DNA of 64,000 nt from a virus. The stretch is taken from the IMG/VR virus record IMGVR_UViG_3300044691_000366, positions 3,174 to 67,173 of that record, one strand, 5' to 3'. A model generated the notes under the pieces. It saw only the letters and a program-made list of their open reading frames with translations, did no database searches and had not been told where the DNA came from. Shown here in pieces: positions 9,235 to 18,975 of this stretch; within the stretch, counting starts at the first letter, position 1; each line of letters opens with the position of its first letter. The position numbers were made by a program, and so were the translations under genes.

Positions 9235-9459
9235 TCAGAATGCGCGCTCATACTTCGGATAGCGATCGGGGCCTCGCGGCTTCGCTCTGAAGGTGACGCT
9301 GCAATCAAATACCTCCAACACCTGGCGATCCGACCATTCGCGGGGAATCGCAACACAGCCGGTTCGGATGTTCCGCCCGCGCCGGCTGTCCTGGGTGATC
9401 ACGGCTCGGCGACCGCCTGGGTAAACCAACAGGAAGCGGAACGAGCATTTACGCTGCAT
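9235..9459 (-). CDS. Hypothetical protein
   Basis: ATG at 9459 overlapping the rtcB end. Confidence 0.4.
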   Translation of the reverse strand: MQRKCSFRFLLVYPGGRRAVITQDSRRGRNIRTGCVAIPREWSDRQVLEVFDCSVTFRAKPRGPDRYPKYERAF

Positions 9460-10837
9460 CGCCCAGTTCCTTGCCTGCCCGGCGCCAGTCGATCTCGCCG
9501 GCCATGATGCAGCCGTAGGGCAGCACCTCGTCGACGATCTCGGCGAGACCGAAGCTCTTGATCTGTCGGCGAACGCTCTCGGCATTCTTGTAGGCGCCGG
9601 GCAGTTCGCTGAGGTCTTGCTTGCCAGAGAACCAGCGAGCATCGACCGTGGTTGTCGGAACTTCGTCGCCCAGGCTCTTGAGATAGCCGGTGCGGCTCAG
9701 GTTGCGGCCCGCGCCGTGCGGGGCAAAGCCCAGACCGTGATCGGCGTTGAGCCCGCGCGCGATCAGGATCGGCTCGGCCATATTCATCGGGATCAGCGTC
9801 AGACCGTTGGTGTCGACCGAGAAGCCCGGATAGGCTGGCGTCGCGCCCTTCGCGTGATAAAACAGTCCGTCCGGCTTCTGGAAGACGAAATTGTGCTCGT
9901 TCCAGAAGCGATCATCCATGAAGGAATGCGTGTAGCCGGCGACGATTGTGTGGATCGAGAAGTGGTTCACCTTGGTCCAGGCGCGGCAGATTTGCAGAGC
10001 TTCCCAGTAGTCCTGACCTTCCTGCGAGTCGGCGACGATCCAGGCCTGGTGCTTGGGCACCGAGGGTGCGATCTTCTTGGTCATCGCCTCTGCGATCCGC
10101 ATGCCAGCCTTGTAGACACGCGCGCCGAAGCCGCGAGATCCGTGGTGCGTCACGAGCGCGGTGCGACCTGAAGACTTCTGGGTGCCGGCGTAGTAAAAAT
10201 GATTTCCATCACCCTGCGTGCCCATGTGGCGCTCGGCGTGTTCGATCAAAGGCGCCGTGATCGGGTTCGCCAGAATACGCGCACGCAATCCGTCGGGGAG
10301 GCGAAACAGGTCATCGTGTCGGCCGCCCGGCCCGAAATGCGTCAGCTTCATGCCGGCATCGAGGATGACTTTCGGCGTGGTGCTCGGACCAAAGACGGTG
10401 ATTGCCATCGAGCAGCAGACGTCGGCCGAGTGAAAGCCCGGATGAATAGCGTTCTCGCAGGCGACCACGCCGCCGACCGGGATCGTGCCAGGCGCGGAGC
10501 CAGCGGGGCAGGCGTCGGGCATCACGGCGCCGGCCTTGATTGTCGGCACGCGCATCAGTTGGTGCATGTGAATATGAACGGCGTCCCAATTGGTCACTTC
10601 GTCGTCGGACATAACCTCGTCGCCGCCGGGGTTGTCCATGTTGCAGAAGTAGCCCAGCTCGCCGAAAGCGCGCCGCGGAATGTAGACCGGCGGCTCGGGA
10701 GCGTAGAGCGAGAGGGTGCTCTGAATCTGGTCAATCTCCATGCCCTCGTGAACCAGCTCGTTGGCACGCTCGATCGCCGGCTTGAACCACGGGCCGGGCG
10801 TGTAGCCCCATGCGATCAGGTCTTTTCCGGTGATCAT
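9449..10837 (-). CDS. rtcB: RtcB-family RNA ligase
   Basis: MPDACP, ADVCC, GNHF, HHGSRG, EHNF, KGAT, PHGAGR. Confidence 0.92.
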   Translation of the reverse strand: MITGKDLIAWGYTPGPWFKPAIERANELVHEGMEIDQIQSTLSLYAPEPPVYIPRRAFGELGYFCNMDNPGGDEVMSDDEVTNWDAVHIHMHQLMRVPTIKAGAVMPDACPAGSAPGTIPVGGVVACENAIHPGFHSADVCCSMAITVFGPSTTPKVILDAGMKLTHFGPGGRHDDLFRLPDGLRARILANPITAPLIEHAERHMGTQGDGNHFYYAGTQKSSGRTALVTHHGSRGFGARVYKAGMRIAEAMTKKIAPSVPKHQAWIVADSQEGQDYWEALQICRAWTKVNHFSIHTIVAGYTHSFMDDRFWNEHNFVFQKPDGLFYHAKGATPAYPGFSVDTNGLTLIPMNMAEPILIARGLNADHGLGFAPHGAGRNLSRTGYLKSLGDEVPTTTVDARWFSGKQDLSELPGAYKNAESVRRQIKSFGLAEIVDEVLPYGCIMAGEIDWRRAGKELGDAA

Positions 10838-11151
10838 CGCGACAACGCCGCTGAGAGGTCGCCAGTCGCTGCGGCCGAGGGCTTCTCGATCGCAACAGGC
10901 TTCGGTGCTCGCGGCCGATAGTAGGTCGGCTCCTTCACCAGAACGATCTCGGGCTTGGTGAATGAGTCGTCCTGCGCAGTGATCACCACGTTGTTGAGGG
11001 GAAATTGGCGCTGGTAGCCGAGCGCCGTCGACCAGGGCAGATCGCCGTAGATCTGCGGAATGTCACGCTTGGTCTCGCTGAGCCGGCGACCGCGATCATC
11101 GTAGCGGCAGATGATCTCGGTGCGCGTCATCGTAACCGTGTAGAGCGGCAT
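10834..11151 (-). CDS. Hypothetical protein
   Basis: SD and ATG; coupled to rtcB. Confidence 0.6.
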   Translation of the reverse strand: MPLYTVTMTRTEIICRYDDRGRRLSETKRDIPQIYGDLPWSTALGYQRQFPLNNVVITAQDDSFTKPEIVLVKEPTYYRPRAPKPVAIEKPSAAATGDLSAALSR

Positions 11152-11220
11152 TGAAATTCCCCTGTGTGTCTGTCTATGCTTCGATAATAGCGATATCGAC
11201 GCGGTTGTCGGTCGGGAGCG

Positions 11221-12291
11221 CTAGGCTTCTACTGCCCGCACGGTCGAAAGAATGTCGGCCGCAGCCGCTTGGATCAGGACCAGCTCGGCTGCATCCATCT
11301 CCTTGAACTTCTCCTCGGCCCAGGAATGCACGCTCTCGTCCAGCGTCATCGACTTGGTAGCCGCTCCGCCGGCGCGCGCCGTGACGACGTTGCGCGTGAC
11401 CTGGAATGAGACGCCCTTGGCGCCCATGTCGGTCAGCTCGGTGCGCAGCCCGTTGATCTCGGCATCGGTCAGCTTGAAGCCGCGGATGCGGACATAATTC
11501 TGGTCGACGATGATGGCGTATTCGTCCGGATCGTCTTCGTCGGTCAGCTCGATGAAGGAGGGCGCATGGGACGCGCAGAACTCCACTCGGTCGGGATACA
11601 CCATCAGGAAGCCGGCCTTTGAGCCGATATCGCCCCACTGCTGGTGCGTGGTGGCGCCGATCGAGTAGACCTTGCCGCCTTCCATCTCCTTGAAATTGTG
11701 GTAGTCGCCGGCGAACACGCGCTTGAAGCCCCAGGAGGCAACCTCTTCCGAGGACAGACCAGTGGGCGGCACGCCTGGGAGAACGCCGTCGATGCCGACG
11801 TGCATGATCAGGTCAATCTCGGAACGCCCTGTCAGCGGAATTCGCTTGATCTGGGCGCGCAACAGATCCTTGGTGGCTTGCCAGGGAATCATGATGATCT
11901 TCTGGGCGAAGACAGTTGGCACGGTGCAGACCGTGACGCCCTCTATCTCACCCAGCGTCTGAATGGCGTTGCCGAGTTCGGTGGTGTCGCGACCCTTCAG
12001 GTCGTGATTGCCGGGAATAATGAAGATTTTGATGCCGTTCTCGGCGATCTGCTTGATCGTGCGGTGCAGCGGGTTGAACACTTCTGGATCCATCGAGCCG
12101 CGGGTGTGGACCAGGTCGCCGGCGATATACATGCGATCACCGCCGCGCTTGCGCAGCTCCTCGGCCGCGCGCACCAGCTCGTCGAGGATGATTCCCAGGC
12201 GCGAGTTGATGCCATTGGTCTGGACCTTCGAGAACGGGCTCCATGCGTGACAGTGCATATCGGCGATCAGACAATAGGGAACATCAGTCAT
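11221..12291 (-). CDS. sbcD: SbcD/Mre11-like metallophosphoesterase nuclease
   Basis: ADMH, AGDL, PGNHD, GDYH motifs; start re-chosen at MTDVPY. Confidence 0.88.
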   Translation of the reverse strand: MTDVPYCLIADMHCHAWSPFSKVQTNGINSRLGIILDELVRAAEELRKRGGDRMYIAGDLVHTRGSMDPEVFNPLHRTIKQIAENGIKIFIIPGNHDLKGRDTTELGNAIQTLGEIEGVTVCTVPTVFAQKIIMIPWQATKDLLRAQIKRIPLTGRSEIDLIMHVGIDGVLPGVPPTGLSSEEVASWGFKRVFAGDYHNFKEMEGGKVYSIGATTHQQWGDIGSKAGFLMVYPDRVEFCASHAPSFIELTDEDDPDEYAIIVDQNYVRIRGFKLTDAEINGLRTELTDMGAKGVSFQVTRNVVTARAGGAATKSMTLDESVHSWAEEKFKEMDAAELVLIQAAAADILSTVRAVEA

Positions 12292-12529
12292 AATCGATCT
12301 CCAGTCTGCCGAGCAATTTCCAAAACCACTTGAGGCCCTTCCACAAGAAGCGAAGCACCCAGCCGGTGACCCAGCACAGCACGGCGAACGCAATCAGCAT
12401 GTGAACCCACGAGGGCACATTGCTGATAAGCCCGCAGGCCGCTGCGCCGCCAATCCAAGCCAGCAAACCGATGCACATCGCGTCGAGGTGTGGCGTGTTG
12501 CATTTGTCGTCGGGGTCGGGATAACTCAC
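12284..12529 (-). CDS. Small 2-TM membrane protein
   Basis: GTGA overlap with upstream stop; hydrophobic. Confidence 0.5.
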   Translation of the reverse strand: MSYPDPDDKCNTPHLDAMCIGLLAWIGGAAACGLISNVPSWVHMLIAFAVLCWVTGWVLRFLWKGLKWFWKLLGRLEIDYD

Positions 12530-12915
12530 GCTGCGATCACCCTCTGTGCGACCAGGTGCGGCTTCTTCGCGTCGTGCTTGGTGCGACACTTGTCCTTGTT
12601 GTTGAGCATCCGCTCGATCTCGGTGATGCACACCTCATAGACGTCGACCTTGTGCGAGGTCGCCAGCGCGAACAGGGTATTCTGGACACCCGCGATCTCC
12701 TGGGAAAGCTCGCCCGCGACCGGCTTCTCGAGGAATTCCTCGTAGGCCAGCGCCATCACGTCGGACATTTTCAGCCCGGCGGATCGCATCAGCTCCATTG
12801 CCTCTTCGCCGAAGCGAAGGATGCGCTCGCGCTGGTCATCGATGTTTGCGTCGCCAAAGACAACGCGACCGACGACTTCGACGTTTCGCTGTAGGCCGCG
12901 CATTGAGTTGTGCAT
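12526..12915 (-). CDS. MazG-like nucleotide pyrophosphohydrolase
   Basis: RFGEEAMEL...QEIAGV helical acidic motif. Confidence 0.65.
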   Translation of the reverse strand: MHNSMRGLQRNVEVVGRVVFGDANIDDQRERILRFGEEAMELMRSAGLKMSDVMALAYEEFLEKPVAGELSQEIAGVQNTLFALATSHKVDVYEVCITEIERMLNNKDKCRTKHDAKKPHLVAQRVIAA

Positions 12916-12930
12916 GTCATCTCGCTTGTA

Positions 12931-12944
12931 AGTCACTGTTGACT
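12931..12944. promoter_or_regulatory. 14-bp palindromic operator
   Basis: AGTCACTGTTGACT; promoter motif at 12953-12974. Confidence 0.8.
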
Positions 12945-12989
12945 GTTCACACTATAGCGAAGAACGCAAGGGTTGCGATCGGGAGAACG

Positions 12990-13388
12990 TCAGATTTTAA
13001 CGGAACCTGTTTTGACGGTGAAGCGGTCGAGGGGCAGAAAACGCTGCAAAGACCCGCCTTTTGAGGTGAAATTGAGCATTTTATACTGGTTCTTGTCGAA
13101 ATAGTTCCGCAGGTCGGTCAGGTAAACGTCGGCTGTTTCTTTCACGAGGACGCCGACCATGCGGACCCCGGTGACCTTGAGCCGGATCAGGTCTCGGTCG
13201 TCAATCGCCCAGGCAGCGGTGCCCAGGCGGATCGCGGTGGAGATGTCCTTTTCCCCAGCGCGATAGATTTCGCGGATCCTGCGCCACGCCAGGTAGCAGC
13301 GGCGGCCGTCCGGGAGCGTGTAGGTCGCCCCGTAGGTCCGCCGGCCGCGCTTATTTAGTTCGATGGAGATTGACGACGTTCGCTTCAT
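12990..13388 (-). CDS. Hypothetical phage protein
   Basis: Basic ORF with typical codon usage. Confidence 0.65.
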   Translation of the reverse strand: MKRTSSISIELNKRGRRTYGATYTLPDGRRCYLAWRRIREIYRAGEKDISTAIRLGTAAWAIDDRDLIRLKVTGVRMVGVLVKETADVYLTDLRNYFDKNQYKMLNFTSKGGSLQRFLPLDRFTVKTGSVKI

Positions 13389-13806
13389 CGGGCCACAACC
13401 ATATTCCTTGTGCCCCTCTGCAGGGGATCGGTTTGTCGAGCGCCTGGTGGTCTCGGCAGCGCCAGGCGTAGCGCCCAGGTCGCCAATCTCCGTAGATCAG
13501 CTCCTCTTCCGTGGTGTCCTCGATATCGTCGTCGGTGATGATATCGCTCGAATTGACGTAAACCGTGCCGACGAGGGCGCCGTGCACCAGCTCGTCGAAA
13601 GGCGGCAGACCCGTCTTTTCGTAGTATTCCATGAACTTGGGGTCATCGAACACCATCCGCTGTTCCGGCTTGATAGTCTTCGTGGAGGCGATGCCGAGCC
13701 GCTGACGCAGCACGGTTGCCGGCGCCGGGAAGGGCCGGGTCTCATTCAGCTTGAAGCCGTGGACCAGCAGGCTGGCATAGGGTTGCCACAGGGAAATAAC
13801 GCGCAT
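13351..13806 (-). CDS. ASCH-domain protein
   Basis: ISLWQPYASL...GFKLNETR and C-terminal PIPCRGAQGIW. Confidence 0.85.
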   Translation of the reverse strand: MRVISLWQPYASLLVHGFKLNETRPFPAPATVLRQRLGIASTKTIKPEQRMVFDDPKFMEYYEKTGLPPFDELVHGALVGTVYVNSSDIITDDDIEDTTEEELIYGDWRPGRYAWRCRDHQALDKPIPCRGAQGIWLWPDEANVVNLHRTK

Positions 13807-13837
13807 TGAAGAACTCCTCGAATCAGGGCGCGCCACG

Positions 13838-14053
13838 TTATATTTCTTCATCCCCCTCGGCGAGGGCTTCGATGCCCTCGACCCACGCAACGCCAATTTG
13901 GTCTGTATGATCAATTTCCCAGATCAAATCCATATCCGCACTGCGACCCAAAGCGCGCACCTTCGCCGCCTCATCATCTGCGCCGTCCACGTCGACGGTG
14001 GTCTTTTCAACCACCGTCGACTCGCGAACCAATGTGACGCGGCTTATCGTCAT
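13838..14053 (-). CDS. Hypothetical protein
   Basis: ATGA-coupled to recA. Confidence 0.55.
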   Translation of the reverse strand: MTISRVTLVRESTVVEKTTVDVDGADDEAAKVRALGRSADMDLIWEIDHTDQIGVAWVEGIEALAEGDEEI

Positions 14054-15144
14054 GCTGCGACCGTCTCCGGCTCGGACTCAGCGCCTTCGATGATCTCGGC
14101 AACGGTCGCAGGTTCGTAGGCGGCAGGCAGCATGTCGATCAGCTCCTTCAACTTGCCTTCCTTCTCGATCAGGCGGGCGAGCGTCTCCTTGCCCTTCTGC
14201 ACGCCGTTCCACATGACGAAGCCCGGCTTGCCGATCGGGAGAATCTTCTCCGCGACCAGGAATTCGATCATCGACCGCTCGACGTCGAAGCGACCGGTGC
14301 CGTCCTTCATGAACATGAAGCGCCAGGTCGCCTTGAGCCAGGGTCGCGAGACCTTGTTCTTGATGACGACGCCGGTGATTTCAGAGCCCAGAACCTCTTT
14401 TGACTCACCTTCGCCGCGAGTGATCTTGGTCGCGCCGAGCATGACGCGCTGCGACGAGTAGAACTTCGGGGCGTCGCCGCCGGGCGTGGTCCGCGGATCG
14501 CCGTAGACGACGCCGATCTTGGTCCGCACCTGGTTGAGGAAGATCGCGCAGATGTTGAGTTCCTCGACATACTGGTTGAAGGCGGGAAAATGCGCTGACG
14601 TGGCGCGAGCGAGCGCCGCAGTATCATTCATGTTCCGGGTCCGGGGATCGCGGTCCTTCTTCGTCTTCATGTCCATAAGCACCGACTGCGGCACCATCGA
14701 CGCCAGTGAATCGAACACCCAGGCGATCGGGGCTTCGGGGGCGATCAGCTTCTTCTCGCGGATGTGAGTCGCTGCCTGAACGCATAGCGAAATGCTGTCC
14801 TCGAATGTGCGCGGGGTCTTGTAGATGAACGTGCCGTTGATCTTGAGGCCGAGATTTGGCGCCAGGATCTGGGAGAACGACCGTTCGTGATCGGAGAAGG
14901 CGGCGATACCGCCCATGCGCTGGGCTGCGGCCATGGCGCAGGTTGCGATCGCGGTCTTGCCGGCTGACGGCGGCCCGGACATTTCGGCCATGCGACGGCA
15001 GGCGAAACCCCCGTTCCATTTGTTCGACAGGGCGTGGTTGAACGGCGCGTAGCCGGTGTCCAAGAACGTATCGACGGTGCTCTCGTCGTCGTTCTTGCCG
15101 ATTGCGCCACTCAGGCTCTTTGCGATGTCTTCGGCGGATGCCAT
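14050..15144 (-). CDS. recA: Phage RecA/UvsX-like recombinase
   Basis: GPPSAGKT, DHE, FDSLA, FLNQVR, TTPGGDAPKFY, KNKV. Confidence 0.92.
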   Translation of the reverse strand: MASAEDIAKSLSGAIGKNDDESTVDTFLDTGYAPFNHALSNKWNGGFACRRMAEMSGPPSAGKTAIATCAMAAAQRMGGIAAFSDHERSFSQILAPNLGLKINGTFIYKTPRTFEDSISLCVQAATHIREKKLIAPEAPIAWVFDSLASMVPQSVLMDMKTKKDRDPRTRNMNDTAALARATSAHFPAFNQYVEELNICAIFLNQVRTKIGVVYGDPRTTPGGDAPKFYSSQRVMLGATKITRGEGESKEVLGSEITGVVIKNKVSRPWLKATWRFMFMKDGTGRFDVERSMIEFLVAEKILPIGKPGFVMWNGVQKGKETLARLIEKEGKLKELIDMLPAAYEPATVAEIIEGAESEPETVAA

Positions 15145-15165
15145 TTTGGTCTCTCTTTCTTGGGG

Positions 15166-15864
15166 TTATTCAGAATCGATGAAGCCGGCGAGCTTGATGC
15201 CCTTGTGGACCGGGTCGGGGATTTCGCCGGCCATATCCGGCATGGGATTGGCTGGCTTCACGCCGCCGTTCAGTTCGAACACGGTCGGGCCGGGCACGCC
15301 GGTCCCTTCTTCGCGCACCAGTCGCCCGGTCGCCTTGTGATCGTTGGTCGGTCGCTTGCCGACTGCCACCAGGACGACGGGCTCGGGGATGTAGGCGCTT
15401 TCGCGCGCCTCCAGCGCTTCGAGCGCTGCGTCATCCTCATCGTCGATGATCTCTTCGGGCGCTGGAACAACGGTGCGTGTCAGCGGCGCCGGCTGTGCTG
15501 CGGTCGGAACCTTCAGCACAAGATCAGGGCCTGGAATGATCTTGCTCGTGTGTCTGTCTACGTGACCGCCCAGAATGACCAGATCCTTGGTCGGCGGTGC
15601 ATACTCCGCATCGAGCGAGAACGTCGCGCCCCTGATCTTTTCGGCCGCATTAAGCGCGTTGCCGATATCCTGCTTCATCGCTTCAAGCTGGATTACCAGG
15701 AAGGCGACGGCCTTCTCGGCGTCGGTTGATCCAAAATTCACGGCATGTTCTTCGATCACTACTCCAACCTGACGAATAGCTTTGCCGGCATTCATCACAA
15801 GCATTTCGAACACGGCTCGCGAGTTTTCGGGTTTTGTCGTCATTCTGCGGGGTTGCCGGCTCAT
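15166..15864 (-). CDS. Hypothetical protein
   Basis: ATGA-coupled to the exonuclease. Confidence 0.6.
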   Translation of the reverse strand: MSRQPRRMTTKPENSRAVFEMLVMNAGKAIRQVGVVIEEHAVNFGSTDAEKAVAFLVIQLEAMKQDIGNALNAAEKIRGATFSLDAEYAPPTKDLVILGGHVDRHTSKIIPGPDLVLKVPTAAQPAPLTRTVVPAPEEIIDDEDDAALEALEARESAYIPEPVVLVAVGKRPTNDHKATGRLVREEGTGVPGPTVFELNGGVKPANPMPDMAGEIPDPVHKGIKLAGFIDSE

Positions 15865-16811
15865 GCTGCTATCGCCTCTTCCTGCGGGCCAAAGGGCGCG
15901 CACCAATCTTCAAGTTTCGTGGTGATCGAGTTGAACAGGAACTGCTCACAGAACGTGCCGAACGCGGGCACGTCGAGCTGACCCTTGACTAACTGCAAAT
16001 TGACCGGCGCCGGCCGCTCCGCTGTGCTCAGATCCATCAGGCGCATGTTGCGTCGGAACAGATCCTGTTTTTCGTCGCTGGTCGCGAAGTCGCGGAACTT
16101 TTTGTGCAGCTTGGTGATGTCGATGGTCTTGTCGGCGCACTGGTTGAGGAACGCTGCGACCGAGCCATACTGGTTGATGAACTCTTTCGCGCCCTTCTCG
16201 CCGATCTTGCCGACGCCAGAGATATTGTCGCCGAGATCGCCCATGAGACACTTCACCTCAAGGTGCGCGCGCGGGGAGGGGACGCCCTGCTTCTCCATGA
16301 TGTTGCCGACCGTGACGAACTTGTTCCGGTCCTTGATCGGATCGCGCCAGGCAACCTTGGACCGCACGAGCTGGATCCAGTCCTCGTCGGCCGAGAGCAT
16401 CATGATCCGCGAGCCCTGCGGCGCGTAGCGCTCGACCAGGAGACCAGCGAGATCGTCCGCCTCGTAATTGAGCGCCGAGAGCTGCTTGACGCCGAGCAGC
16501 GACAGGCCCTCGCGGATGAAGGGAAGCTGGGTTTTCAGATCAGCCTTGAGCTTCTTGGACTTGATTTCGTGGGGCATGACCGCGGGCTTGTCGCGGTTTG
16601 CCTTGTATTCGGCGAACACGTGATGGCGCCAGGATGACTTGTCCCAGAGCACGACCGGCTCGAAGGCGCGGAACACGTCCATGATCGGCCGCATCGAGCG
16701 CATGAACCCGTAGATCGCTTGCGTGGGCTGGTCGCCGCAGCGCATCGGCGTCATGTGGTTCTGGGCAGAAGCCACATTCGGACCATCAATGAGTAAATAG
16801 TTACGCGGCAT
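15861..16811 (-). CDS. 5'-3' exonuclease / flap endonuclease (PolA N-terminal, T4 RNase H-like)
   Basis: LLIDG, YKANR, YEADD, SADED, GDLGDNISGVGKIGEK. Confidence 0.92.
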   Translation of the reverse strand: MPRNYLLIDGPNVASAQNHMTPMRCGDQPTQAIYGFMRSMRPIMDVFRAFEPVVLWDKSSWRHHVFAEYKANRDKPAVMPHEIKSKKLKADLKTQLPFIREGLSLLGVKQLSALNYEADDLAGLLVERYAPQGSRIMMLSADEDWIQLVRSKVAWRDPIKDRNKFVTVGNIMEKQGVPSPRAHLEVKCLMGDLGDNISGVGKIGEKGAKEFINQYGSVAAFLNQCADKTIDITKLHKKFRDFATSDEKQDLFRRNMRLMDLSTAERPAPVNLQLVKGQLDVPAFGTFCEQFLFNSITTKLEDWCAPFGPQEEAIAA

Positions 16812-17346
16812 CAATATGCTTCCAATCTCGCTCGCGCTTGATGTTATAGATGGTCGATTTATGCACGCCAAATTCGCGAGCGATTTGAGCACCAACGTCA
16901 CCCCGAGCCAAGCGCCTCTTGATCTCAGCGACCTGTGGCTCAGTCAATATTGAGAATCCGTTTTTCGATCCGCGCGCAGTGCGGCCGTTGCGATCTCGGT
17001 CCTCTGAATTTCCCCTTCGGCTGTCCCAGCGAAGGTTGCTTAGAACGGAATTGGATCGAATATCATCTTCGTGGCACCCCTCCTCGCCGGGCGGGCAGGG
17101 GCCGCGAAACGCCTGAAGGATCAAAGAATGAACTGTTCGATTTCTCGAAATTCCAGGCATTCTCAGGTGAACAGAAGGATATCCATTTGATGGATCGATA
17201 CCGACCTTGCGCATCTTGCCGCCGCGAGGAACATTTCGAATATCTCGGCGCGGCACTCCGTAGACTCGACCGAGGCTCGATATCTCGTAAAAGCCTTCAA
17301 AACCGACTACGTCGCGCCACTCTTCGCCTGGCAGGTAATTCTTCAC
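16801..17346 (-). CDS. NUMOD4-HNH homing endonuclease
   Basis: EEWRDVVGFEGFYEISSLGRV, VHSL...CHEDD...NLRW, C-terminal HTH. Confidence 0.9.
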   Translation of the reverse strand: MKNYLPGEEWRDVVGFEGFYEISSLGRVYGVPRRDIRNVPRGGKMRKVGIDPSNGYPSVHLRMPGISRNRTVHSLILQAFRGPCPPGEEGCHEDDIRSNSVLSNLRWDSRRGNSEDRDRNGRTARGSKNGFSILTEPQVAEIKRRLARGDVGAQIAREFGVHKSTIYNIKRERDWKHIDAA

Positions 17347-17615
17347 AGAGAAACTTCCAAAATAACGACCCAGGGCAGCACTTTTTCCTCGCCGTCAGGC
17401 TCCTCGACGTTGAACACGCGGACGTTTTCGTGATTGAATTCGGCTTCCAAGAGGGCTTCATCCGAGGGCATATCATCCTCATCGTAAGTCTCTCGGAGCA
17501 GCTCGATCATGTAGGCTTTCCACAGGTCAAGCGCGCGCTCTGCGGTCTCTGCCCAGACAACCTGGTCACGATTGTTACCTTCGACGTCGGAGGCGACGAC
17601 AAGAAAAATCTGCAT
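17343..17615 (-). CDS. Acidic hypothetical protein
   Basis: Coupled ORF. Confidence 0.55.
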   Translation of the reverse strand: MQIFLVVASDVEGNNRDQVVWAETAERALDLWKAYMIELLRETYDEDDMPSDEALLEAEFNHENVRVFNVEEPDGEEKVLPWVVILEVSL

Positions 17616-17639
17616 GGCTGAAAATCTCGTCTGAGGAAG

Positions 17640-17675
17640 AAAAGGCGGCGCGCTACCGGGGAAGCAGCGCGCCGC
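17640..17675 (-). terminator. Intrinsic terminator after ssb
   Basis: GCGGCGCGCT stem followed by TTTT on minus strand. Confidence 0.75.
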
Positions 17676-17719
17676 TGACGGTCGGGTGGAAAGGGGACTA
17701 AAACACCCGACCTAACTGG

Positions 17720-18877
17720 TTACTCGTCGAGACCGGCGAGCATCTCGTCGATCTCGTCCTGCGGCAGAGCAGCGCCGAAACCGTCATCCTTCGAGACGGT
17801 CGAGTCGACTGCGGCGGCCTTGGCTGCGGCCGTCTTCGTAGCGGCAGCAGCCTTCTTCTTGGCGGCGAGCGCGGCCATCTTCTCGTTCAGTTCGCGCTCC
17901 TCCTTCTCGTCGTCGGTCTCGACCGTGGCAGCTTTTGCCCTGGCTGCGACTTCCGCGGCGGCCTTCGCCAAGGCTTCCGCGGCATCCTTCGCCGCCTTCA
18001 CCACCCTGCGAGCGGCGATCTTTTCGGCCAACTCGCGTTCTTCCTTCTCGTCGTCGGACTCGGCGACTTCTTCCTCGACGATCTCGGCGATTTCCGCATC
18101 CTCGACAACCGAGCTGGTCAACAGACCAGCGGGGCGGTGCGCGAGAGCGGCGGTCTTGAGACCATCGGTGTTGATGCCGGTCATGTTCGAGATCGCGAGC
18201 ATGGCCTTCGGTTCGTCACCGCGGAAGAACTCCTTCTCGATGTGCGCCAACAGATCGGGCATACGAGTGAGAATGTCCCTGTCGACCTTGTCGGACTTCG
18301 GGGCGACCTGAACGCGATACTTCGTGTCGAAGCCGCGGCCCGAGCGCTCGATGACCAGGTCAACGCCGGTATCGGGATCGAGAATGTCGACGTCATCGGC
18401 GAGGTAGGTTTCCCAGGTCGAGCAGATGTCGGCGAATGCACCGCCGGTGAGTTCGACGATCTGCGGTTCGGGGCTCTTGTCGGCGCCGGACTTGACCAGA
18501 GCGACCACGACCGCGGTCTTCTTGGTCTTCCACTCCTTGATGATCGCCAGCTCTTCGTCGCTGGTAACCGCCTTGGAGGCGCGATCGATGGCGGTGCAGG
18601 TTGCGCATGGCTTGCCGTAGACTTCGTCATGGCAACCGACGACCGCGACGGGCTTGCCGTCCTTCTCGGTCTTGATCCAATGCACCCCGAGTTCCTTCCA
18701 GAACTTGCCGGTGCCACCTGCAGCGACGGTGTCTTTCGGGGCGATCAGAAGGCGAAGGGTGGTCTTGCCTTCCTTCAGCTTCACGGAGTTGCCCCCGCGG
18801 GAATATCTGTTCTTGGCGTTCTTAACGAGCGCGAGGAGAGCTGCGGACTGAATTGACATTTTGGCGTTTGCTTTCAA
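17720..18877 (-). CDS. Single-stranded DNA-binding protein, T4 gp32-like (probable)
   Basis: LRLL...HW...C...CATC N-domain, G.DL.IERSG.G.DTKY, acidic C-terminus, position in recombination cluster. Confidence 0.7.
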   Translation of the reverse strand: MKANAKMSIQSAALLALVKNAKNRYSRGGNSVKLKEGKTTLRLLIAPKDTVAAGGTGKFWKELGVHWIKTEKDGKPVAVVGCHDEVYGKPCATCTAIDRASKAVTSDEELAIIKEWKTKKTAVVVALVKSGADKSPEPQIVELTGGAFADICSTWETYLADDVDILDPDTGVDLVIERSGRGFDTKYRVQVAPKSDKVDRDILTRMPDLLAHIEKEFFRGDEPKAMLAISNMTGINTDGLKTAALAHRPAGLLTSSVVEDAEIAEIVEEEVAESDDEKEERELAEKIAARRVVKAAKDAAEALAKAAAEVAARAKAATVETDDEKEERELNEKMAALAAKKKAAAATKTAAAKAAAVDSTVSKDDGFGAALPQDEIDEMLAGLDE

Positions 18878-18943
18878 AGACTTATGGCTGGGGACTGGTG
18901 ATTGAGACTACTTTTTCGCGATTTAGCGAATTAGCACTTTCAA

Positions 18944-18965
18944 TATAGCGAAAACTTCAAGGGTT
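18944..18965 (-). promoter_or_regulatory. AACCCT-N10-GCTATA promoter motif (no operator) upstream of ssb
   Basis: Plus strand TATAGC-N10-AGGGTT, same as other copies. Confidence 0.7.
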
Positions 18966-18975
18966 CTGTCTGGGG

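Noticed and set aside
16942-16955. Operator-like AGTCAATATTGAGA in the HNH gene (and GTTCAACCTTGACT at 31246)
   Set aside because: Two mismatches at otherwise invariant outer positions; not counted
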